Below, piece by piece: positions 1 through 8,996 of a DNA stretch of 57,570 nt (position 1 is the first letter of the stretch; every line of letters starts with the position of its first letter). The position numbers were made by a program, and so were the translations under genes. Origin of the DNA: a bacterium (GTDB lineage: Bacteria > Patescibacteriota > Minisyncoccia > JAHIHE01 > DAOWLE01). Below the pieces are notes generated by a model that saw nothing but the letters and a program-made list of their open reading frames with translations, was not told where the DNA came from and made no database searches. The stretch covers positions 1-57,570 of the forward strand of contig DAOWLE010000022.1 in assembly GCA_030643545.1 (NCBI GenBank), read 5' to 3'.

Positions 1-30
1 ATTTCTTTATTTTAAACAATTTCTATTGTT

Positions 31-59
31 ATTATAATCTGAAATTAAGTATTTGTCAA
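31..59 (-). promoter_or_regulatory. sigma70 promoter pointing out of the left edge of the window
   Basis: Minus-strand TTGACA (59-54), 17-nt spacer, TATAAT (36-31). Confidence 0.6.
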
Positions 60-117
60 TAACAAATGGCTATGTTAAACTAAAATTGAAAATATATTAA
101 TAATGTTAAAATGATTT

Positions 118-567
118 ATGAATATCTTCAACCGCCGGGCAAATTATGATTATGAAATTTTGGAAAAATTTGAGGGCGGTTTGGTATTGAAAGGATACGA
201 AGTAAAAGCGATTAAGACCGGAAAAGCGAGTTTGAAAGGCGCTTATGTTGTTGTTCAAAATAATGAGGTGTTTTTGATAAACGCCCATATCAGTCCCTAT
301 CAAAAAGCGAATACGCCTGATAATTACCAGCCGGACCAAACCAGAAAAATTCTTCTTCATAAAAGCGAAATAAAATCACTTATTGGCAAAACAAGACAAA
401 AGGGCTTGACATTAGTGCCAATAAAAATGTATACTAAAAAAGGACGAATAAAATTGCAATTCGGGCTTGGCAAAGGTAAAAGGAAATTTGACAAAAGAGA
501 AGCAGTAGCCAAAAAAGAAGCGAAAAGAAGGATAGAAAGAGCGATGCGAGAAAAAAGTGATTTATGA
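118..567 (+). CDS. smpB: SsrA-binding protein SmpB
   Basis: NRRANYDYEILEKFEGGLVLKGYEVKAIK, RKILLHKSEI, GKGKRKFDKRE motifs; tmRNA nearby. Confidence 0.97.
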   Translation: MNIFNRRANYDYEILEKFEGGLVLKGYEVKAIKTGKASLKGAYVVVQNNEVFLINAHISPYQKANTPDNYQPDQTRKILLHKSEIKSLIGKTRQKGLTLVPIKMYTKKGRIKLQFGLGKGKRKFDKREAVAKKEAKRRIERAMREKSDL

Positions 568-654
568 TTTACGAATTAAGATTTACGATTTAAAAATTTT
601 ATATTTGTTCTTTTAAAATCAAATTTTTGCTGTTTGGAAAAAGGAGGTGTGAAA

Positions 655-909
655 ATGTATGATAAAACAATAAAAGAATTAGAAAAACGATTTAAGAAAA
701 AATTTCCAGGATTAAAACCGAATAGAAGAATAGACAAAAGATATCTACCTGAACATTTGCTTTTTATGTTGTCTCAAATTAAAGAATTTGATGACCAATT
801 AAAAGCGTCAAGGTGGATAGGTTGGGTTCAAGCATTAGCAACGAATCTTTATGGGATTATAACCGACGAAGAGAATGATGAACTTATAAGAGAAGATGTT
901 GAAAAATAA
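655..909 (+). CDS. Hypothetical protein (HLLFML...KASRWIGWVQ), SD-class accessory gene
   Basis: ATG at 655 preceded by AGGAGGTG; boxA-like GTTCTTTTAAAA near 607. Confidence 0.7.
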   Translation: MYDKTIKELEKRFKKKFPGLKPNRRIDKRYLPEHLLFMLSQIKEFDDQLKASRWIGWVQALATNLYGIITDEENDELIREDVEK

Positions 910-1016
910 AATCTATTTCTTCTCTCTTTTTTCTAAACAACAATATAAAGTTAAAATTAGTTTTACATTTTGAATTGTCATTTTTCATTTTGATATTTGA
1001 ATTTTGATTTTTATAC

Positions 1017-1412
1017 GGGGATGCTTGGCATCGATAGGAGTTCATTTTAAAAATTGCGGATCGAGGATGTCGATATCTCGTTAAACTTTCGGCAAAAATA
1101 TAAGTGCAAACTTATTTACAAAAGCAAAAGACGCTATCGCTTCGGCGTTTAGCGTTCCTAGCTATGTAACGGTTGCCGCTTAATCGCAGCAATCCATCTA
1201 ATCTTCTGACTCCTGATGGGAAGAATTGGGTGCCAATTTATCAGGATAGATAATTCAGATGTTCTGGCGAATTATCAAAACAAAACAGAACTAAAATTAT
1301 AAAGTTTTTGCCTAATTTATACTTTGTAATTTAAAATAATAATTGGGCTATATTCGTAGAAAATTTTTAGAAAAACTCACTACACGGGAGTTCGATTCTC
1401 CCCATCTCCACC
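1017..1412 (+). ncRNA. ssrA: tmRNA; tag ORF 1106-1183 ANLFTKAKDAIASAFSVPSYVTVAA*
   Basis: 5' GGGGATG pairs with 3' CATCTCCA; T-arm GGGAG-TTCGATT-CTCCC; resume context ATAAGT-GCA; tag ends in AA; next to smpB. Confidence 0.93.
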
Positions 1413-1469
1413 CCGTTCCAAATTTCACAAAGTTGTTTGTTACAATTAAATTTAATAAGCAAAATTACT

Positions 1470-2033
1470 ATTAGAAAATATTTTAAGAAAAAATTTAAAA
1501 AAAGATTAAGAACTAACGAGTGGATTAGAATTCCTCAAGTTCAGCTTATTGATGAAACTGGAAAAGATTTGGGCGTGCTTGATACTAATGAAGCGCGAAA
1601 AATAGCTCTTGAGAAAGAGCTTGATCTTGTTGAAGTTGACCCGACAAAAAATCCGTCAATCTGCAAGATTATGGATTTTGGAAAGCATCTTTATAAAGTT
1701 GCAAAACAGGAACGGATTCATAAAGCGCGCCAAAAAAAAACCGAGACAAAAGGAGTTAGATTTTCTTTGCGGACTTTTTCCAATGACTTGAATTTCAAAG
1801 CAAAGCAAGCGTATAAATTTTTAAAACAAGGGCATAAAGTCAAGATCGAAGTTATTTTAAAAGGACGGGAAAAAGCCCACCGCGATTTAGCCAAAGAAAA
1901 AATTGAAGAATTTTTAAAAATTATTTCTGATTTTAATGAACAAGAAGGAGAAAAATTTAAAATAATTACTGAGCAAGAAGCGAAAAGATCTCCTTTGGGG
2001 CTAATAATGATTATAGCAAGCAAACTTAATTAA
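1470..2033 (+). CDS. infC: Translation initiation factor IF-3; probable ATT start at 1470 (or 1464)
   Basis: RTNEWIR, LDLVEVDP, CKIMDFGK, GHKVK, KGREKAH; no in-frame ATG near the 5' end; first gene of infC-rpmI-rplT. Confidence 0.93.
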   Translation: MRKYFKKKFKKRLRTNEWIRIPQVQLIDETGKDLGVLDTNEARKIALEKELDLVEVDPTKNPSICKIMDFGKHLYKVAKQERIHKARQKKTETKGVRFSLRTFSNDLNFKAKQAYKFLKQGHKVKIEVILKGREKAHRDLAKEKIEEFLKIISDFNEQEGEKFKIITEQEAKRSPLGLIMIIASKLN

Positions 2034-2077
2034 ATATGATCAGCGATTTAACTCGCGATCAATTGGAAAATTGTTTT

Positions 2078-2272
2078 ATGAAAATGAAAACTAAAAAATC
2101 AATTGCTAAAAGGTTTAAGATAACTTCTAAAAAGAAAATTATGCACCGATCCGCGGGGCAGGATCATTTTAATTCTTCAGATAAAGGAAAAGTCACCCGA
2201 AGCAAACGCAAAGGAAAAACAATTTCCAAAGCGAATCAAAAAAGTGTTAGAAGAGCAATGCCGTATAGTTAA
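2078..2272 (+). CDS. rpmI: 50S ribosomal protein L35
   Basis: MKMKTKKSIAKRFKIT...HF; lies between infC and rplT. Confidence 0.92.
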   Translation: MKMKTKKSIAKRFKITSKKKIMHRSAGQDHFNSSDKGKVTRSKRKGKTISKANQKSVRRAMPYS

Positions 2273-2412
2273 TTTAAAATGTAAATATCAAAGATTAAAA
2301 TGACAGAGCAAAATGTTAAAATGAAATAAATTAAAAACTATTTTAACATTAGCTAATTTTGAATTTTACATTGTCATTTTACATTTTGATTTTTGAATTT
2401 TGAATTTTTACT

Positions 2413-2760
2413 ATGACAAGAATAAAACGCGGAATAATTGCAAAAAAGCGGCGCAACAAGGTAATCAAAAAAGCCAAGGGTTTTTTGGGGCGGCGAAGCA
2501 AGAAATTTAGAGCGGCAAAAGAAGCGCTGATGAAAGCGGGAACTTACGCTTACCGCGATCGGCGGACGAAAAAAAGAAGTTTTCGCCGGCTTTGGCAAAT
2601 TAGAATTAACGCCGCTGTTCGGGCTGAAGATTTGACTTACAGCAAATTTATCGCCGGATTAAAAAAAGCCAATATTGAAATTGACCGGAAAATATTGGCT
2701 GACTTGGCATTAAATAATTCGGAAATATTTAAAAAAATTGTTGAAGTTTGCAAGAAATAA
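2413..2760 (+). CDS. rplT: 50S ribosomal protein L20
   Basis: MTRIKRG...[23 protein letters not shown]...[10 protein letters not shown]. Confidence 0.98.
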   Translation: MTRIKRGIIAKKRRNKVIKKAKGFLGRRSKKFRAAKEALMKAGTYAYRDRRTKKRSFRRLWQIRINAAVRAEDLTYSKFIAGLKKANIEIDRKILADLALNNSEIFKKIVEVCKK

Positions 2761-2844
2761 AAATTATCTTAAGGTCATAGATTGTAACCTTAAGATAAAA
2801 AACCAAAAGAAAAAATCGATTTTAGTTCTAAAAAATAAACTATA

Positions 2845-2878
2845 AAAAAGACGAGGATATATGTTCTCGTCTTCTTTT
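2845..2878. terminator. Bidirectional hairpin terminator between convergent genes
   Basis: AAAAAGACGAGGA-TATATG-TTCTCGTCTTCTTTT. Confidence 0.6.
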
Positions 2879-2906
2879 AATTTAAACGCTGAATCTTTTT
2901 AATAAA

Positions 2907-3194
2907 TTATTTTCCGCCATATCTTTCTATTAAAACTTTTATATCTTTATCACATTCTGTATATGCTTCCCATATTTCTAAAGGAATGCCAGACTTATTA
3001 AGTTTAGGAACAACTTCATCATAAATTTCCGGCCCTTCTTTTAATAATTCCCCGAGCACGCTCGCCGCGCCTGGATGACCAGCACTTCTTTTTTTAATAT
3101 CTTCTTTATATTTTTCTTCTTGATTATCCGCATCAGCAATTTTTTCTATATCTAAACCTTTCATTGCTCCTAAATTTTCTATTCCTATTTCCAT
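2907..3194 (-). CDS. Hypothetical protein
   Basis: 95-aa ORF with AAAGGA upstream of the ATG. Confidence 0.6.
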   Translation of the reverse strand: MEIGIENLGAMKGLDIEKIADADNQEEKYKEDIKKRSAGHPGAASVLGELLKEGPEIYDEVVPKLNKSGIPLEIWEAYTECDKDIKVLIERYGGK

Positions 3195-3388
3195 AATATT
3201 GTCCTTTCTATTTTAAATTATGTTTTTATTATATTCGACCTCTGCTATTATAAAATACGCAAAATTTTTATAATGATATATAATAAATTCAATATGTAAA
3301 ATCATGCACTGGATTTCTTGAAAAGTGTCTCTGCTTAAGTTTATTTTACCATAATTGAAATTTTACGACAAATTCAGCGATTAAAAAA

Positions 3389-3772
3389 TTATTTGTCTTT
3401 CCATGATATCCAGCCGGCGATTATTATTCCCAAAGCGTCAATTCCAATATCAGAAATTTTTCCTTCGCGGGCTGAAATAAAAGTTTGGTGATATTCATCG
3501 GAAACCGCAAAAAGCGTTGCTAAAATAAATGACAAAGCAAGCGCTTTTTTAAATTTCAAATTTCGTTCTTCTATATTGTGAATAAGCAGAAAAGTTAAAA
3601 TAGCGTATTCAAAAATATGAGCGGTTTTGCGGAGAAAGAAATCCCAGAAATTGCCAAAGCCGGAAGCTAATCCGGGCTGATGGGAGAAAAAAAATATTAA
3701 ACCAACCCAAAGAAAAATCGGGATAAATGATTTAAAATCTGTAAAGATATTTTTTGAGATTGATTTTTTCAT
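3389..3772 (-). CDS. VanZ family membrane protein
   Basis: LIFFFSHQP, LRKTAHIFEYAIL, FAVSDEYHQTF, REGKISDIGID. Confidence 0.9.
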   Translation of the reverse strand: MKKSISKNIFTDFKSFIPIFLWVGLIFFFSHQPGLASGFGNFWDFFLRKTAHIFEYAILTFLLIHNIEERNLKFKKALALSFILATLFAVSDEYHQTFISAREGKISDIGIDALGIIIAGWISWKDK

Positions 3773-3801
3773 TTTTAAACTTTAATTCCTTCTATAGGAG
3801 C

Positions 3802-3914
3802 TTGATCCAGCCCCAAATTTTTAAAAAATTATCTGTTATGATTTATCTGTCCTAATTTAATTTTAACTATTCTTTTTCGCTATATTAACTTAAAATTTGG
3901 GGCTGGGGTTGACA
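3802..3914. repeat. TTGA-flanked inverted-repeat element abutting a -35 box (copy A)
   Basis: TTGA-TCCAGCCCCAAATTTT...AAAATTTGGGGCTGGGG-TTGACA; TATAAT at 3931-3936. Confidence 0.75.
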
Positions 3915-3970
3915 AATTTTTATTTATGAGTATAATTAGAATTATAGGAATAGGAGGTGAATAAAGAAAA

Positions 3971-4147
3971 ATGGAGAAAAAAATACCAAAAAGCATGCCG
4001 ATAGTAAATAGAACACATAGCGCGTCAGACAGTGAGTTGCTGAATCAATATTCGACAACAAGCCATCCAGTGTTATTGTCCGTAGAAGAAATAGCTATGG
4101 ATAATAGACAAGAAACGGGAAATATCAAATCCCCCTGTTGGGATTAA
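3971..4147 (+). CDS. 58-aa hypothetical protein not in the ORF track (MEKKIPKSMPIVNRTHSASDSELLNQYSTT...SPCWD)
   Basis: TTGACA(3909)-N16-TATAAT(3931), SD AGGAGGTGA (3952-3960), ATG 3971, TAA 4145-4147. Confidence 0.6.
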   Translation: MEKKIPKSMPIVNRTHSASDSELLNQYSTTSHPVLLSVEEIAMDNRQETGNIKSPCWD

Positions 4148-4356
4148 AGCTAATTGTAAATTGTACAAATAGCCACAATTCTAACATTTTTCTTTTTCAT
4201 TTTTATTTCTCCATCATCAGCACATTTACACTCAACTTTTTAAAAGTTAAAAAACCAAAAAATTTCAAAATCACAAAATCCAAAGGAAAGAGAATTCAAC
4301 AAAAACTCTTTCCTTCTTTTTTTACTTAAAAAATAAAATATGGTAAGATAAATCCA

Positions 4357-4384
4357 GAAGGCGACACGACCGCGTGTCGCCTTC
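4357..4384. repeat. REP-like palindrome, GAAGGCGAC...GTCGCCTTC family
   Basis: GAAGGCGACAC-GACCGC-GTGTCGCCTTC; relatives at 22652 and 22721. Confidence 0.7.
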
Positions 4385-4418
4385 AACAAAGAATAATGTG
4401 TCGTTTCTAATAAAAAAT

Positions 4419-5558
4419 ATGAATTTCACAAAAAAAAATGGCGCGGTTCCTTCGCAGAAAATTAAGGAAATGATTAAGGAAAATTATATTAAAAACGCGG
4501 ATGAAAAAAATGTTCAACCGGCGAGTTTGGATTTAACGATTAGCGAAGAAGCGTATCAAATGAAAGGAACTTTTCTTCCGCGGATTGGCGAAAAAATCCA
4601 AGATATTGTCAAAAACGGAGTTTCCTCCAAAGTTGATTTAGCGCAACCGCTTGAACAGAATAAAATTTACTGGATAAAACTTCAGGAAGAATTAAATTTA
4701 CCAAAAGGGATTTTCGCGCTTTCCAGCAATAAAAGTTCAACCGGAAGAATTAATATTCAGGCGCGGCTTCTGGCTGACGGAGTTCCGCGTTTTGACAGAG
4801 TCCATTCGCGTTATTGCGAAGATTCAAATTCTTATCGCGGATCTTTGTGGATTGAAATAATTCCCCGTTCTTTTCCGATAAAATTAACCGCCGGGGACAA
4901 GCTTAATCAGCTTCGTTTTTTTAATAATTGCTCTCATCTTTCAATTCGGGAATTAAAAAATACTTATTTGAAATACCAATTGCTTTTTGAAAAAGGCGGA
5001 AATTTTATCCAGGGTAAAGAAGTAAAAATCAGGGATGATGACGCCACTTTAATTTTATCTGTTGATTTGTCCAATTCCGGAAAAATAATCGGTTATAAAG
5101 CGATATCCTCTGATAAAATTCTGGAATTTCAAAAAATAGGATATTATAATTCTGAAGATTTCTTTGAACCGATTTTCGCGCCGAAAGACGACCATTTGAT
5201 TTTGAAAAAAAACGAGTTTTATCTTTTTTCCACCAAAGAATTTATCCGGGTTCCGCCTTGCCTTGCCGCAGAGATGATTGCTTATGATATTTCCAATGGC
5301 GAATTCAGAAGCCATTACGCAGGTTTCTTTGATCCGGGATTCGGCTATGGAAAAAACGGCGAAGTAAAAGGCACTCCGGCAGTTCTTGAAGTGAGAGCTT
5401 TTGACAATAATTTTATTTTAAGGGACAACCAGCCGATTTGCAAAATGATTTATGATAAATTAAGCAGCCAGCCGGATTTAATCTACGGCGAAAAAAATCT
5501 CGGATCCCATTACGCGTTTCAAAGAGGACCGAAATTAAGCAAGCATTTTAAAATTTGA
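4419..5558 (+). CDS. dcd: dCTP deaminase, two-domain DCD type
   Basis: VQPASLDL, NKSSTGRINI, GEFRSHYAGFFDPGFG, AVLEVR, KLSKHF; likely start MNFTKK at 4419. Confidence 0.9.
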   Translation: MNFTKKNGAVPSQKIKEMIKENYIKNADEKNVQPASLDLTISEEAYQMKGTFLPRIGEKIQDIVKNGVSSKVDLAQPLEQNKIYWIKLQEELNLPKGIFALSSNKSSTGRINIQARLLADGVPRFDRVHSRYCEDSNSYRGSLWIEIIPRSFPIKLTAGDKLNQLRFFNNCSHLSIRELKNTYLKYQLLFEKGGNFIQGKEVKIRDDDATLILSVDLSNSGKIIGYKAISSDKILEFQKIGYYNSEDFFEPIFAPKDDHLILKKNEFYLFSTKEFIRVPPCLAAEMIAYDISNGEFRSHYAGFFDPGFGYGKNGEVKGTPAVLEVRAFDNNFILRDNQPICKMIYDKLSSQPDLIYGEKNLGSHYAFQRGPKLSKHFKI

Positions 5559-5561
5559 AGG

Positions 5562-5635
5562 TGGGCCATCCTGGATTTGAACCAGGGACATCGACCTTAT
5601 AAGGATCGCGCTCTAACCGACTGAGCTAATGGCCC
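5562..5635 (-). tRNA. tRNA-Ile (anticodon UAU)
   Basis: GGGCCAT/ATGGCCC acceptor stem, anticodon arm CGATC-CTTATAA-GGTCG, T arm CCTGG-TTCAAAT-CCAGG. Confidence 0.92.
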
Positions 5636-5733
5636 TTAAATTAAGATTATCTTTTTTAAATAAAAATGTCAATTTTTCAATTGGCATTTTTGATTGATAA
5701 ATATTTGATTTTTTGCTAAAATAAAAGTATATG

Positions 5734-6723
5734 TTATTCTTTCTTGGCGAAAATTTGCCAAATATTTAACGAGCTGTTATTTGACGGCAATTCTCCGTTT
5801 AAAAATTCTTTTACTTCATTGATCGGAATAACAAAATTCACTAATTCTTCCTCTTCTTGGTTGGCTAAATATATTCCGACAACTTCACCCTTCAAATTTA
5901 TCAAAACCGAACCGCTGAATTCTTCGCCTAATTTTCTGTCAATTTTTATTAAAGTGCTTGTTTTTTTCTCTTTGGATGTTTCGCCTTCTTTATTTTCGGA
6001 AATTTCTTCTATCTGATCAATCCGTGAAACCATAACGCTTGTTGTTTCCTCCCCGACTACGCCGAGTTTCTGCCCGACTTCCAGATTATCCGAATTGCCC
6101 AAAAGAATTACCGGTAAATTAGACGCTTCTATCTTAAAGAGAGCAAGCCCCAAAAGAGATTCTTTTTCAATTAATTTTCCTTGAAATGTTTCATCGCTTT
6201 GTGTTTTAATTGTTAAAGATTTCCCTTTTTCTTTATTTTTGGAAATTTCGTTTTCAACAGATGAAATAATTTTTTGTTCAGTTAGAATAATGCCGTCGCT
6301 GCTGAAAATAAATCCCGGCGATTTGGCTGTTTCAGAAATTACCGCGACTTTTGCCGGCAAGATTTTTTTAATCGCCTGAAGCAGTATTTCCTCTTCAGAC
6401 ATTTTTATTTCTTTTGTCTGGTTGATAATTGTCGTTCCGTTGCTCGTTTTTTTCAAAAATTCATAGCGGCTCAATGACGGATGATTAGACAAATAAGGAA
6501 ATAAAAAACGGTCAGCCAAAATTCCGCCAAGCCCGCCGATGATTAAAATAAAAAATCCGATAAAAAACAATCGGACAATTTTATAAAATCGTTGCGGGCG
6601 ATAAGGTTTTGGAAATGTTTCTAATGGCTCCGTCTGATTCTCGCTTTTCTTAAAAAAATCTTCAGCTGTTCTTGAAGCCGTTTTCTGCCGAGCTTTAATA
6701 GATTTTATTTTAATATTTTTCAT
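5734..6723 (-). CDS. Membrane-anchored trypsin-like (HtrA/S1C) protein, probably catalytically inactive
   Basis: TM helix; PGFIFSSDGIILTEQK (His lost), GLALFKI (Asp lost), FSGSVLINLKGEVVGI. Confidence 0.8.
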   Translation of the reverse strand: MKNIKIKSIKARQKTASRTAEDFFKKSENQTEPLETFPKPYRPQRFYKIVRLFFIGFFILIIGGLGGILADRFLFPYLSNHPSLSRYEFLKKTSNGTTIINQTKEIKMSEEEILLQAIKKILPAKVAVISETAKSPGFIFSSDGIILTEQKIISSVENEISKNKEKGKSLTIKTQSDETFQGKLIEKESLLGLALFKIEASNLPVILLGNSDNLEVGQKLGVVGEETTSVMVSRIDQIEEISENKEGETSKEKKTSTLIKIDRKLGEEFSGSVLINLKGEVVGIYLANQEEEELVNFVIPINEVKEFLNGELPSNNSSLNIWQIFAKKE

Positions 6724-6793
6724 AGATAGAATATTATAAAACAATCTTCTATTAAAATAATAACATAAAATTTAATTTTCAACAAATATAATT

Positions 6794-7711
6794 ATGTCCG
6801 CAATTAATTCTCTCATCATTAATTACCTTGAATATCTTGAAATTGAGAAAAATCGCTCTAAGAAAACGATTGAAAACTATGATCGTTATTTGAAAAGATT
6901 TATTAACTGGTCAAAAATTGAAAAACCGGATAAGATTAATCTGGAGGCGATTCGCAAATACAGAATTTTTCTTAATCGTTTTCAAAACGAAAAAAAAGAA
7001 ACGTTAAAAAAAAATACCCAGAATTATCACTTAATCGCCTTAAGAAGTTTTTTAAAATATCTTGCCAAGCGGGATATTAAAACTTTAGCCGCGGAAAAAA
7101 TAGAATTAGGAAAAACATCTGTCCGCCAGGTTGAATTTTTGGAACCCGACGAATTAAACCGTCTTTTGGAAGTGTCAAACAAAGGAAATCTAATCGGTTT
7201 AAGAGACAGAGCGATTTTGGAATTATTTTTTTCAACTGGTTTGCGCGTTTCAGAACTTTCTAAATTAAACCGAAAAGATATTAATTTGAAAAAGGATGAG
7301 TTCACCGTACGGGGGAAAGGGGATAAATTAAGAATAGTTTTCGTTTCTGAGCAGGCAAAATCCGCGCTCAAAAATTATTTAAGCGAAAGAACTGATTTAG
7401 ATAAAACATTATTTATTAGAATTGATAGAGCGCAAAAAAATAAAAATGACCAAGAATCTTTCCGTTTAACTCCCCGAAGTATTCAGAGAATTGTTAAAAA
7501 ATACGCGCTTGCCGCCGGGATTACCAAGAAAGTTACTCCGCATACAATCCGCCACAGTTATGCCACCGATCTTTTAGCCGCCGGAGCCGACATTCGTTCG
7601 GTCCAGACAATGCTGGGGCACAGCAGCATCACCACCACGCAAATTTACACTCATATTACTGACAAAAAATTAAAGGAAACTTATAAAAGCTATCACGGTA
7701 AATCAAAATAA
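6794..7711 (+). CDS. Site-specific tyrosine recombinase, XerC/XerD-like
   Basis: RDRAILELFFSTGLRVSEL, GKGDKLR, TPHTIRHSYAT, LGHSSITTTQIYTH. Confidence 0.95.
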   Translation: MSAINSLIINYLEYLEIEKNRSKKTIENYDRYLKRFINWSKIEKPDKINLEAIRKYRIFLNRFQNEKKETLKKNTQNYHLIALRSFLKYLAKRDIKTLAAEKIELGKTSVRQVEFLEPDELNRLLEVSNKGNLIGLRDRAILELFFSTGLRVSELSKLNRKDINLKKDEFTVRGKGDKLRIVFVSEQAKSALKNYLSERTDLDKTLFIRIDRAQKNKNDQESFRLTPRSIQRIVKKYALAAGITKKVTPHTIRHSYATDLLAAGADIRSVQTMLGHSSITTTQIYTHITDKKLKETYKSYHGKSK

Positions 7712-7734
7712 TTTTTATTTTTAAATTTAATATT

Positions 7735-8451
7735 ATGTATCTTTCTATCGTCATTCCCGCTTATAACGAAGAAAAGCGGATCGGCAAAACAATTTTTGCA
7801 ATAAATGAATATTTACAAAAGCAAAATTATCCTTATGAAATAATCGTTTCTGACGACGGTTCAAAAGACAATACAGTTGAATTGGTAAAAAAATTAGGAG
7901 AAAAAATAGAAAATTTAAGAGTAATTGACAATAAGGAAAATCACGGAAAAGGATATGTTGTCCGCCAGGGAATTATGGAAGCAAAAGGAGAATATCGCTT
8001 GTTTATGGACGCTGACAACGCGACGACTGTAAATCAGGTTGAAAACTTGCTGCCATTTTTTAAAGACAGTTATGATGTTGTAATCGGCGATCGCGATTTA
8101 AAAGAAAGCGAGATTAAAAAACATCAATCGCGTTTTAAAGAAACTCTGGGAAATATGGCAAATGTTTTAATTCAAATTCTGGCAGTGCCGGGAATTAAAG
8201 ACACCCAATGCGGGTTTAAATGTTTTTCAAAAAAATTCGTGGAAAACATTTTTCCAAAATTAAAAGTGGACCGCTGGGGTTTTGATATTGAAATTTTGGC
8301 TTTAGCGAGAAAATTCGGATATAAAATAAAAACCGTTCCGGTTGTCTGGATAAACGACGAAGAAAGTAAAGTTTCTATGAGCGGATATATTAATACTCTT
8401 AAAGAATTGTTTCAGATAAAGTGGAATTTAATAAGCGGAAAATATAAATAA
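7735..8451 (+). CDS. GT2 glycosyltransferase, dolichyl-phosphate beta-glucosyltransferase-like
   Basis: SIVIPAYNEE, DDGSKDNT, NHGKG, FMDAD, DTQCGFK, WGFDIE. Confidence 0.9.
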   Translation: MYLSIVIPAYNEEKRIGKTIFAINEYLQKQNYPYEIIVSDDGSKDNTVELVKKLGEKIENLRVIDNKENHGKGYVVRQGIMEAKGEYRLFMDADNATTVNQVENLLPFFKDSYDVVIGDRDLKESEIKKHQSRFKETLGNMANVLIQILAVPGIKDTQCGFKCFSKKFVENIFPKLKVDRWGFDIEILALARKFGYKIKTVPVVWINDEESKVSMSGYINTLKELFQIKWNLISGKYK

Positions 8452-8465
8452 TAACAAATTCATTT

Positions 8466-8978
8466 ATGATAATTTTAGGAATTGATCCGGGAACTGCTAC
8501 AATCGGATACGGAGTTATTACGGCAGGCGGCAAACGGCAGGCGGCAAACGGCAAATTACAAAAAGAAGATTTGGAATTAATTGATTATGGGTGTATTATT
8601 ACTAAGCCGGATTCAAGCACGTCTGAACGGCTTTTAATTTTAAATAAAGAATTGAAAAAAATAATTGAAAAATTCAAGCCGGATCTGATGGCTGTGGAAG
8701 ATATTTTCTTTTTTAAAAATTTGAAAACAGCGATTAAAGTCGCCCAGGCGCGGGGAGTAATTTTATTAACCGGAGAAGAGGCAAAACTGCGGATTTTTGA
8801 ATACACCCCTTTGCAAATAAAACAGGCGATTGTCAGTTATGGCCGGGCTGATAAAAGGCAGGTTCAGGAAATGGTTAAAATTTTATTAAGATTAAAAGAA
8901 ATTCCAAAATCCGACGACGCCGCCGATGCTTTAGCTGCGGCAATCTGCTGCGGACATTCAGTCGGAAATGGGTTTTAA
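8466..8978 (+). CDS. ruvC: Holliday junction resolvase RuvC
   Basis: ILGIDPGTATIGYGVI, AQARGVI, EYTPLQIKQAI, DDAADALAAA. Confidence 0.97.
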   Translation: MIILGIDPGTATIGYGVITAGGKRQAANGKLQKEDLELIDYGCIITKPDSSTSERLLILNKELKKIIEKFKPDLMAVEDIFFFKNLKTAIKVAQARGVILLTGEEAKLRIFEYTPLQIKQAIVSYGRADKRQVQEMVKILLRLKEIPKSDDAADALAAAICCGHSVGNGF

Positions 8979-8996
8979 AAATTAAAAAATAAACTT

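Noticed and set aside
6794-7711. Integron integrase or prophage integrase
   Set aside because: It is a plain Xer-type sequence with no evident IntI-specific insertion, in a housekeeping context.
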